Below are positions 44,101 through 51,214 of a stretch of 64,000 bases of DNA, in pieces; within the stretch, counting starts at the first letter, position 1, and every line of letters starts with the position of its first letter. Below the pieces are notes generated by a model. It did no database searches. It saw nothing but the letters and a program-made list of their open reading frames with translations, and was not told the DNA's origin. Made by a program: the position numbers and the translations under genes. Source of the stretch: an uncultured virus (IMG/VR IMGVR_UViG_3300023210_000023). Lineage: Duplodnaviria > Heunggongvirae > Uroviricota > Caudoviricetes. The stretch lies in IMG/VR virus record IMGVR_UViG_3300023210_000023, one strand, 5' to 3'.

Positions 44101-47100
44101 GTTATTGAAGCATCTAACACTGGAGATTTTGCACCGTTAGCAATATATAAGCAAGTGGAAATGTCAGATGAAGGTTTAACTTTAACTGATGAAGCAGTAG
44201 AAAAAAGAAAAACAATAGTTAAACAATCTTTTGAAAGAGCACAAAGAGAAGCTAATCCTGAAACTAGAACTAAACAAAGTATCTATTTAGGAAATACAGA
44301 TAAAGATAATAATAGAACTGATACAGGACGTTTAACTAGAATAGATGATGTTGCTGAATTAACAAACTCATTAAAAGCTAGAAAGAACAGAGCTGTTAAT
44401 GTAGAAGCTCCTAGTATAGGAGATGTAGTTTCTGAAGAATTAATTGCTGGTAATCTTAGTACTGTATTAAGATCACGTGAAGTTTCTGTATCAACTAATT
44501 TATCTGTTGGAGAGAATTCTATTGTTGACATTGGAGGTATGCAGTTTGTAATGTATAACCAAGGTTATAAGAAGTTTAGTGATATAACTAATGCAGAACA
44601 AGATAGGTTAATGAAAGAAATGGGTAGTTCAATTCTTACAGCTGATCAATACACTAACCGTAAAGATAAGAATAGAAAAATGTATTCTTTTAGAAATGGT
44701 AATCAAACATTCTATACATACTTACTTAAAGATGCACAATGGTTAAATGATAAGTCTACAACTTCAAGAAATATATTTTCTTTTGTTCCTTTATCTAAAG
44801 ATTCTAAAGTTCAAGTTGGTCTTAGCACTCAACAAATAACTGTTAAAACTATAGAAGAATTACAAGAAAGAATAGACATAGCCTTGGACGCTGAAGACTA
44901 CAGACTAGTTCAAGTACTAAAAGATAAGTTAGATCAAATTAATGAGTCACAAGAAGATTTAATTACTAACCAAGCAATAGAAATTATTACTGGTGAAACT
45001 ATGGATGTAGATACATCAGTAGTTGATGGTTTACAAGAAGCTATTGAAAAAGCAAGAACCGGTGAAATGGTTGACTTTGATACATTATGGAATGAGTTAA
45101 ATGGTGATGATGCTGTAAGAAGCAGAGCTATACAAGATGTTAATGAGTTTATTATTACTCTTAAAGAAACAGGAGCATGGGATGAAATATCTACTGAAAT
45201 TTCAGAAGGTTTAGGTCAAGTGCAAGAAGGTAATAACCGTAAAATACAAGTTGTTCAAAATGATTCAGCTGATAGATTAATGGCTATGTACAACATGGAA
45301 GAGGGTAACTTAGATTATAATCTAGCACAGATATTTTTAAATGACCAACTTAACACTATTGGTATTAATCAGTTAGTTCTTGGTGATGAAGCATATTCAC
45401 TTAAAGATGCTGTTGATAAGATTAAAAGAGCTAAGATGCAAAATGCTGCTGGACCTAATGCTAGTTCTTTAATTAGTGATTCTGAAATTGGCATTAATCA
45501 TGAGACAGATATAATTAAGCAATTATTATTTAATGATGAAAAAATAAAAAAAGAATTTGATACTATAATAGAATCAGACAGACAAAAAGAAGGTCAAGAA
45601 GGTGATAGAACAGATGGTCAAATGTATATTACCATGAAAGCATTTAAGCATTTTATGTTTGGTTTTGGTAAATGGAATAAATCTAAGAATGATATATTAG
45701 AAAAGATTGCTGCTGGTGAAATGGTACAGATTGATAATGATTTCTTTGGTGGATATAACAAACTTAGTTATAAAGAGCAAGATATGATTATGAACTCTTT
45801 AAAACTTGTATATGCTGATGGACAAGTATTCTTAAAGATGTCAGCATTTGTTTTGACTCCTGAGTTTACATCTGTAAAAAGAAATGGTGAATCGGTTGCA
45901 AGAGAAGGAAGAACAGAATTACATAATTTAAGAGTTAAGTTAGAAAAGTTTGAGCAAGAACAAGAAAATGAAGGTAACGGTATTGTAAGTATAGCTGTAC
46001 CTGCTACAGCATCTAAGATGATGAAGATGAATATGCAAGATACACAAGCTGCATATGATGATAGAAGTTTGACAAATGATATGACAACTGATCTTAGAGC
46101 TAAGTATATGAGACTACAGCTTATTAATCCTTCTAACAAAGTGGAGGTTATTGATCCTCGTCAAATTAAGAACTTAATTACAAGTGAACAGAAGTTAGAT
46201 GAATTAGTTAATATAGCAGGAACAGAAATGTCTATTGCTGATGTTATTAATTTATTTCATAATACAATGTCAGATAGAGTTGAGAATGAATTCTTTAAAA
46301 GAAGAAACTTAGTATTCTCTTGGGCTGGTTCACAAGATGAACTGATAAAAGCTAAAGATGCAGGTAAAAGAATGACTACTAACCTCACAGCATTCTTAAA
46401 ATATGCAATAAAAGGTCTTGAAGCATCACAAGCAAAATCACAAATGCTAGATTATTTTGGTATGGATGAGTTTGGTGAACCAAAATATGATTTAAACAAT
46501 CAACTTACTGTAAAAAAGTTTCAAGAGTTATTCTTATCATTCTTTAGTAAAGGTGTATTAGCAGAAAGACAACCTGGAATATCAGCAGCATTAGTTTCAG
46601 ATGCAGGATTTAAAGTTGTTAAAAAAGTAGAAGCAGTTGATAAAGACGGAGTACCTATACGTTGGACAGTAATTAGATCTAATGATTGGGAAGGTTTAAA
46701 AAATCTAGATCCAAATTTAAAAGCTAAAACGTATACTGATAAAGACAATGAAACTTTTTCTGGATTAAAAAGAAATGAATATTATTTAGATCATTTAAGA
46801 TCCGGTGTAATGGAGTATGATTCTAATGATCAACCTACTGGTATAAAGTATACTGAATTTGTAATGCCTCCTCATTTTAAATCTATACTAGAAAACCCTT
46901 TAAGCATAGGAGATAATATACCAGATGCTATTGCTAAAATGTTTGGTATTAGAATACCATCACAAGATAAACATTCAGCAGTTAATCTTAAGCTTGTAGA
47001 TTTCTTACCTGTTTATTATGGTTCATCTGCAATATTCTCAAGAGATCTTGTAGAAATATCTGGAGCGGATTTTGATATTGATAAACTTTATATGCATATT

Positions 47101-50100
47101 AAAGACTTCTATGTACAAAATGGAGAGTTTATAGAATACGGTTCTGCTGAAAGAATGGAAGATGCGTATTATGATTATATAAAATACACATTAAATGAAT
47201 ATGGTAAAAAGAACAGCAGTTTATATATGGCTGTTGAAGAAGTTTTACGTAGAGAAAAATCTTTAGAAAACGTTGAAAGACTAGGAATAACTGAAGAGAC
47301 AGCTAATATGTCACCTCAAGCTAAAGAAGAATTTATAAAAGAATATTTAAAAAATAAAGAGCTAAAGATAAAAACAGAGTTGTTTGATCTTCTTGCATCA
47401 GACACAGATTTAAATATAGAAACATCTAAAAAACTATTTAAAAGAGCAGAAGGGTTATCTGAAGCAATGACTATGTTAGGTCAACCAGTATCATTTGAAG
47501 AATATAAAGCTTATAGAAAAAAACATACATACACTATAGGTGATCAAACAATAATGAGAGAACCTTATAAAGGAGCACAAGACAATGTTATCTTAGATAC
47601 TAAAATTGCTTTGCTTGGAAACAAAGGTATGTCTGACCCTAGAGCTGGTAGAATAGAAGCTATTGCTTCTGAGCCAGCTGTACTTACACCTTTAACTGAT
47701 GAAGCTGCAACAGATTTATTTGGTGAAGGAACGTGGCAATATATACAAAGAGAATTACCTGAATTAGCAGAAGAAGTTAATGAGACAGGAATAGATATAA
47801 ATAATATTAATGGTAAAATTACTGCTTGGGATAATAATAAAGAAGGTGCAAGATCTATTGGTGCTGTAGTACTTCCAAACATCCTTATAAATATTCTTCA
47901 GGAGCACGGTATTAAATTAAGAACCAAAAAAAGAAAAGGTGTAGAAACGTTTGACCGTCTATCTCTTAATGGAAATAATTATTCTTATGATGATTTTGGT
48001 GTAGAGTATACTATAGACCCTAAAACAGGTAAACAAAGCACTGATCTATATAGAAAACAATTTGTTGTATCTGCTTTAGTAACAGCAATGACGGATAATG
48101 CTAAAGAAAGGCTTGCAAAGAAGTTAGGTCTTACTAAAAATTCATTAGCTACAGTAACAACTATGTTGGCTCTTGGTGTAGATATAAAAACAATTACTCT
48201 TTTAGTTAAGCACCCAACAATTGCTTTTGCTTTTGATCAGATAAAAAATGGAAAAGTAGATGGTAATATTAAAACAGTTTTACAAATTAGAAAAAGTAAA
48301 ATAAAAGAACAATTAGAAAAAATTACTAGAACACCAGTAATTAGTCTTGAGTCTTTAACAAGAATGAATAAACATTTTAATGCTATTACTGATGGTACTC
48401 CTAAGTTAGATAAAACTGGCAGTGCAACTATGGTTGGGATAGATACTTGGTCTATTGAAGAATTACAATTTGATTTTGCAGCTATAGATCAGTTTTTAAT
48501 TGCATACAATATTACAGAGTCAATAAGAAATATGACAGAACTTGTTAATCTACAAAAAGGATTAGGTAGAGACTTAGAAGCAATGCAAAGAAAAGAAGAT
48601 GCTGCTATTGGGTTAGGTTTAAAAATGACTAATAAAGAATTTGAAGCAGATACAGATATACTTGTAGATGTTAGAAGTATATTTAAAAAAGGTAGAAACA
48701 TACACGCAACTAATTATAAATTATTTAGAGAATCCTATGATTACCTTGCACCTGCAGTATTCTTACAAAGAACTAAACCATTTGAAAAAATATATAATAC
48801 TCTAATAAAAAATCTTGAAGTTAGATATACTAAACCTGGTAAATTAGGAAACATATCAATAGATCTTATTGCTTATTTAAATACTAAATCTTATATACAT
48901 AGGACTTTAAATGATTCATATCAATCATGGCAAGGAGCTTCATTACAAAATGGGATGATATATGACAATAAAATTTTCTCTTCTATGCCTCAAGGTGCAT
49001 TAAGTGTTGACACTGTAGTTGAAAGAGTAACAAAATATTTAAACAGTTCTAAAAAGAATAATCATTTTATAGACAAGTATATAACTTTAAGAAAAACTAA
49101 TAATGAAGATAATTTTTCTGGTATATCACAAATAAATTCAAATACATGGACTAGAATTGATGATGCAGAGTTATCAAGAATACAAAATAGTTTCTTAGAA
49201 TTATATCAAGATCCAAATACTCATCATGATGCAGTGCACATGATAAATTATTTATTAGTAAAAGACGGTTTCCGTTATGGTCCTAATACTTTTATGTCAG
49301 CATTACCAGCTTCTGTTACTGATGATATAATAAATACTATTAATGATATTCATTTGTTAATGAAAGACCCTAAGATTAATAATAATAAATATAAAAAATT
49401 ATTTGGAGTACCTTATGAAGAGCTTACTACACAATTTCTTGAAGATTACATGTCTCATAGTAAGACTGGATATGATTTAAAAAGTACAAAAGTAGGTGGA
49501 GAAGTATCTTCATATAACACAGAAGAAATAGTAATAGATGAAAAGTCTATATTAGTAGATTATGATGTTGCAGAAGGTGATGAGACTTCACAAGTCTTAT
49601 CAAATCTTGCTCAAAGAGTGTTTAAATATAAGACTAATGAATACGGTTCTGTTATTCATGCATTTCAAGTTCTTAGAAAAGGTAAGTTTGATAAAAAAGT
49701 AGACAAAGAGTATAAAAAACATGGTATAGATGAAGCTCATGGTAAAGTTATTGAAACAAAACTTTCTAAGAAAAGAGGAAGTGAGGATGAAATGATCTTA
49801 TTAGAAAAGTTAATAAGAGCATCATTTATTAATACTGCAACTGATTATGATTCAAATGGGACTGAAATCAGAACAGAGCTAATGAGAGGAAATGATTTTA
49901 GATTTTCTACAAACACTAATATAGATAAGGTTACTAAGAAAACATTATTATCTTTGCAGAAAGATATGGTATATAACAACTTAGAGAATGGTGAGCAAAC
50001 TATTATATCAAAAGCAGGTATTAAAACTCAAGAGGTTATAAATAAAAATTTAAAGAAAAATCCTGTTATTAGAGATAATGTAGAAAAAACAGTTACTGTT

Positions 50101-51213
50101 GATGTTTTTAAAGGTGTTAAAAAAGGTGATAAATCAGATCAAATACAGAAAAATATTTATAGTATTGCAAAAGGATCTGGATTTAAAACAATGAAAGCTG
50201 TATCAAAAACAAAAACTCTTACGCTAATACAGTTTCCATATGTTATAGAAATGGGTATAGGTAAAGGAAAAAAAGGACTAAAGGATAAAAAACTATATAA
50301 GCTTGTTTCCTATAAAGGGATTGATAATAAAACAATTACAGATCCTTATGAGATGATAGATAATGAAAACAATATTGCGGTTGGAAATTATGCAGAATAT
50401 GTTGAAGTAGAACAAGTAGGATCTTTATCTCAAAATGCAATAGGTTTAGTTCTTGGAAAGCTACCTGCTAAAAAAGAAATAGACAAATATCTAGAAGATA
50501 AAAAGAATATGCTTAATTCAGTTATGGATCCAGAACAAGCAGCTGAAGAAGCAATTGATAATGTTGATGTTGATAATGTTACACCTGAAGCACAAAGTAA
50601 TGAAACTGCAACTGAAGAAACTGAAAATGAAAAAGTTGATATTACACTTGATGATTTAAAATCTGATGTAGATATAGATAATATTGTAATAGTTGATCAA
50701 TCTAATGAAGTTGCACAATCTAATGAATTAACAGATGTTGTAGCAGCATGGTTACAAACTTCAGAAGGAAGTTTAGATAATCAAACTGCAGAACAATCAG
50801 CTGGTAAATTTGCTGTAGAATTCTCTAAAAGATCTGATTTAAGTAAAAAAATTGCAGAAAAAGCAGAAGAAGATATTACAGGAGGAGATCTGTTTGATAT
50901 GGTAGGTCAGGGAATGAATGTAATGGATAAAGTGCAAAGTGAAATAGAAAGACAAACTCAAGAATCATCTAAATTAATTGAAGCAGGTAGTTTCTTTAGT
51001 CAAAATAGAATTTCTTCACAAGCTAAAGGAAATGATAATGATTCTAAACTTGAAAAAGAATGGGATAAACTAACTCCTGAACAAAAAATGGGAGCTGCTA
51101 ATCTTATGAAAATGTATAATGCACAAGATCTAATTGCAGCTTATAATAAAACTAATGCTAAAGTGGATATATCAATTAGCAAATTTATGGAAAACCTAAA
51201 ATGTAATATATAA
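35194..51213 (+). CDS. Giant virion-packaged DNA-dependent RNA polymerase (crAss-type), multidomain
   Basis: RIPSQ (46951-46965) followed by GADFDIDKL (DFDID 47068-47082), the catalytic variant known from crAss-like RNAPs such as phi14:2 gp66. Zincin HEAFH at 41737-41751 with downstream EEYLAD. Confidence 0.9.
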   Translation: MAEENLQEKNIVPNNVPQETVDPLAPNANLFAGITDSPQQDVELSQDFDVDQALFGDQDMSFLAAQVNPGWTPNMDAASSYINTGYSPTYLSPQEKFQSLETQNSESDIDRLMNQVYSQPSTTSDKLSPNNVQTFGFKSSNFDRFYNHPNFDKLGFHPYRNNEEYYNENSTWWDDNQRMWGQWGKVFGTGFMSTYDALGDAMQGNYLSADVEGADSFAEAMRIGNTTRGGVGGFATNLALNAGYTVGILANIAVEEVALAFLEAGTVGGATPIVASRTAYNIARLGRVGDKIKDAENVSEALLKTVKNVDNAKSFWLNAGLWTADKLTPNTYKAIKSWKTAENTAKALSTAAKVAKTAGGFYRDMRMVNLAVAESKLEAGMVKNDFIAEHYADYKANNNGDNPSADEIAKIVEESDKAAFTTLMWNFPIIFASNMIVFDGALRGFRGINKVLNATKKSASSQILESTGKQMGKKGTSKFYDGGTSRWGRVKQRGLNGNLSVFGGELLRYTLPNSVEGFQEIFQEAIAVGAKDYYGNIYKDPGMAGLDAQLASIKAGLGSQMSGQGFEVFMSGFLMGGLVQGPQKAVFEWAPQMYEKYMDPKAYAKYEKERDDYINETVKVLNEVYENPEEYFSPEKINAVAQKMANEEMFDASLAGSVLNFMDAKDKGLFQHLHTVLSSGKAYEFRSQLEDFLKLDDQGLAEAFPNATAEEVKSGKTRERINSMMTNLDSLEKSFKQLNDEIINPYNPSDFEVKSREWNEEVIKQAAFNHSKMLALYTRDTFKRALERSNQMYKDMAADPVVANLSRSDLDVLTSMNDLVNEINLLKTNIKIFGETEGETTQDQKDINKNKIDRLALLQTYFGVLTDPKNVEKAAPVFVPKEGETPEEEAERKKEQSIQAKIIIELRERVLSDQQVNIPKLKGLPGQPFGMFNEENIKSLKDPFVKFLQSVANTNDEFINSDKIDETLLKIVDYKFLKGRAEDYNKAIQYIMSPGKLNDMVDKFTVTFKQAFEENKRGVRERIEKYVDQTEKNNVLNALSKLEVYPDMFEVEQWLKGEGPMPHTFFNKKGEIIFTDPKNKALADKIENIIGVYENTARKKESESFDVEEQEDFDDVRNDEYNYDDNFTPKVDDETGEIVDDNIDFESGVSLGKQHLAKEYRKYQKNAKGTPMSYRDWRESSAAKRALRTAVAINKLYKELYDPAFIQGEKADFKEWLIANEDTDNVQSILKLTDTTVEQITGTSTKKVPKKYNAKKNTQRKKVVDKKGKGHSSGLNIQQTTIPKEEGDVQMYRIVDNNGDPINDDVYGSVEDATNSRNQKVRQDKKEEGYKLNEEVSLKKGDIVQNKETGDKFMVHGNKLTKGNEVYLRPAYDPSSKKKKDQIKVEAEDFLNNYTLVENEIIEDDVQISKILTREPLSIIPKYDFAIKNKEKRIKEANDRLQKLLRELSPEKQGALKLKIRRGPKWDDRQTNVNKLQQFQFGEDPKNPSIRIQKQKLYVEIISEQVNDEGNLVAETVGFFQGSSSAVLLDGNGNTIDPLQITNQQAYDLFRTYKSDNIDNIVDKIKNNYVQAYAIEEFLQKTLNESGQEEVIIDIADLEDIGVTLSEGALTRLTGKGEQGATFGELDYKYVVTDVEGADYSDITVDGQPPYFIMDYNRDYPSKYKNKDGKWVYSKVKGNPVNNIDTTKPAGKKLYQEVISIYSKLESKSPNLKGKYNALVKLDNGKHAIVTLTPDTMSLDDVDNFINVLQERSKDTHDNHFEDITYNDKWNKELMDGSPADSQFDLPGMFIAAGPGIFVTLNVNSIGGLNVSIRNFNVSDKAANHRLKSVLDFEAVQEWNNAEDMIAALTDENFKAFQPTKNSFKYPINRKNMDFNVLSLARTNLTSEVKKGFYITLNLEGSNISRLTTPIIRKSDAVKEKERSEREREKDNEVVEELTPEQRQDAAVADYENISNDQLKLIAVKLNIGENLDEFEKAVQAVHRDRIAELRIEVLEQTTVPADTPKEAENQKALAEHSRLERELKDYTIKLRTEKRAELIASDSTLYNEETNDGKIAINRQLQQIVITDPKIQELKAAVKKAFEDSFKIRKITRNFDGNDIEDINTFTDWLKANLPENLISLGESRLTSVYELNLISKLREDMKDEFITVGDFTLSMAKISNGIEGLRGVINTSPMAPFKYHEAFHSVFRMLLTEEEIVKYLGIAKKELRALYRKEKGYEIEPGVFVKSEAEALDFLRSMHVGYAEMSVKELSDVLYEEYLADRFEEFKMNPAATKTSSEVKGFFQMIIDFIKAVLGQFKADKGSQLNSLFKDIDGGKYKRAGVQTNKFTIAAAEGVPSVAYKKSIRLGTLDIRYESKTQKGKFIEKRINNVMPADQQHTIVSGITNLYLKRKRNHKEAFNKNEELEKAVFLAIEMYNPNRDFYMEKSEEWQVDTLPHVRNMYDSMLDQVEDIKDMVNERLADIAEKINLEEEDIAELEADGVRSINEWGKSSDEIGGFSSMLSPDLRTYIGLTTLNEADTYGNRYFDDAETEPLNIGVDAHRVYNGILKAVANEVNEIEIIKKAWLYSRKNPHSKAFIDNFFKDIGLFDKAMDDAGKTAVLFDDNYTLPEIKDSELYQQFINGFMNFRVDNIFWQKDSSGVVNLYSATTKDDAHHTLSEWASSFNKKYNLVKVLDSEEHANAKLTLNSLTQLMAISKIDKQTNLSERSSSVAEDLRVDLGMDISPLYLEYSVLTNILDQSNFTPEQKMLVDTFSMYDAIEEVDIEELVKSINRGENIFLDNQDVDGEDTSKKTDELYGVKSRLIKISINNAPFSESVGATVFKDPKGNLIYAHQMPTLHLEKIIEMKGADYVANKILESPFMKDNVLLNDSKFQTIVEKGLINPMRISGLKSGGILNISDNGVLRENKALDVNQKPGVQFGSSTPKEFALSLIHTYLYYYNRTSPDKSPVFYDKETNEPFVLAPIFIRVIEASNTGDFAPLAIYKQVEMSDEGLTLTDEAVEKRKTIVKQSFERAQREANPETRTKQSIYLGNTDKDNNRTDTGRLTRIDDVAELTNSLKARKNRAVNVEAPSIGDVVSEELIAGNLSTVLRSREVSVSTNLSVGENSIVDIGGMQFVMYNQGYKKFSDITNAEQDRLMKEMGSSILTADQYTNRKDKNRKMYSFRNGNQTFYTYLLKDAQWLNDKSTTSRNIFSFVPLSKDSKVQVGLSTQQITVKTIEELQERIDIALDAEDYRLVQVLKDKLDQINESQEDLITNQAIEIITGETMDVDTSVVDGLQEAIEKARTGEMVDFDTLWNELNGDDAVRSRAIQDVNEFIITLKETGAWDEISTEISEGLGQVQEGNNRKIQVVQNDSADRLMAMYNMEEGNLDYNLAQIFLNDQLNTIGINQLVLGDEAYSLKDAVDKIKRAKMQNAAGPNASSLISDSEIGINHETDIIKQLLFNDEKIKKEFDTIIESDRQKEGQEGDRTDGQMYITMKAFKHFMFGFGKWNKSKNDILEKIAAGEMVQIDNDFFGGYNKLSYKEQDMIMNSLKLVYADGQVFLKMSAFVLTPEFTSVKRNGESVAREGRTELHNLRVKLEKFEQEQENEGNGIVSIAVPATASKMMKMNMQDTQAAYDDRSLTNDMTTDLRAKYMRLQLINPSNKVEVIDPRQIKNLITSEQKLDELVNIAGTEMSIADVINLFHNTMSDRVENEFFKRRNLVFSWAGSQDELIKAKDAGKRMTTNLTAFLKYAIKGLEASQAKSQMLDYFGMDEFGEPKYDLNNQLTVKKFQELFLSFFSKGVLAERQPGISAALVSDAGFKVVKKVEAVDKDGVPIRWTVIRSNDWEGLKNLDPNLKAKTYTDKDNETFSGLKRNEYYLDHLRSGVMEYDSNDQPTGIKYTEFVMPPHFKSILENPLSIGDNIPDAIAKMFGIRIPSQDKHSAVNLKLVDFLPVYYGSSAIFSRDLVEISGADFDIDKLYMHIKDFYVQNGEFIEYGSAERMEDAYYDYIKYTLNEYGKKNSSLYMAVEEVLRREKSLENVERLGITEETANMSPQAKEEFIKEYLKNKELKIKTELFDLLASDTDLNIETSKKLFKRAEGLSEAMTMLGQPVSFEEYKAYRKKHTYTIGDQTIMREPYKGAQDNVILDTKIALLGNKGMSDPRAGRIEAIASEPAVLTPLTDEAATDLFGEGTWQYIQRELPELAEEVNETGIDINNINGKITAWDNNKEGARSIGAVVLPNILINILQEHGIKLRTKKRKGVETFDRLSLNGNNYSYDDFGVEYTIDPKTGKQSTDLYRKQFVVSALVTAMTDNAKERLAKKLGLTKNSLATVTTMLALGVDIKTITLLVKHPTIAFAFDQIKNGKVDGNIKTVLQIRKSKIKEQLEKITRTPVISLESLTRMNKHFNAITDGTPKLDKTGSATMVGIDTWSIEELQFDFAAIDQFLIAYNITESIRNMTELVNLQKGLGRDLEAMQRKEDAAIGLGLKMTNKEFEADTDILVDVRSIFKKGRNIHATNYKLFRESYDYLAPAVFLQRTKPFEKIYNTLIKNLEVRYTKPGKLGNISIDLIAYLNTKSYIHRTLNDSYQSWQGASLQNGMIYDNKIFSSMPQGALSVDTVVERVTKYLNSSKKNNHFIDKYITLRKTNNEDNFSGISQINSNTWTRIDDAELSRIQNSFLELYQDPNTHHDAVHMINYLLVKDGFRYGPNTFMSALPASVTDDIINTINDIHLLMKDPKINNNKYKKLFGVPYEELTTQFLEDYMSHSKTGYDLKSTKVGGEVSSYNTEEIVIDEKSILVDYDVAEGDETSQVLSNLAQRVFKYKTNEYGSVIHAFQVLRKGKFDKKVDKEYKKHGIDEAHGKVIETKLSKKRGSEDEMILLEKLIRASFINTATDYDSNGTEIRTELMRGNDFRFSTNTNIDKVTKKTLLSLQKDMVYNNLENGEQTIISKAGIKTQEVINKNLKKNPVIRDNVEKTVTVDVFKGVKKGDKSDQIQKNIYSIAKGSGFKTMKAVSKTKTLTLIQFPYVIEMGIGKGKKGLKDKKLYKLVSYKGIDNKTITDPYEMIDNENNIAVGNYAEYVEVEQVGSLSQNAIGLVLGKLPAKKEIDKYLEDKKNMLNSVMDPEQAAEEAIDNVDVDNVTPEAQSNETATEETENEKVDITLDDLKSDVDIDNIVIVDQSNEVAQSNELTDVVAAWLQTSEGSLDNQTAEQSAGKFAVEFSKRSDLSKKIAEKAEEDITGGDLFDMVGQGMNVMDKVQSEIERQTQESSKLIEAGSFFSQNRISSQAKGNDNDSKLEKEWDKLTPEQKMGAANLMKMYNAQDLIAAYNKTNAKVDISISKFMENLKCNI

Positions 51214-51214
51214 T

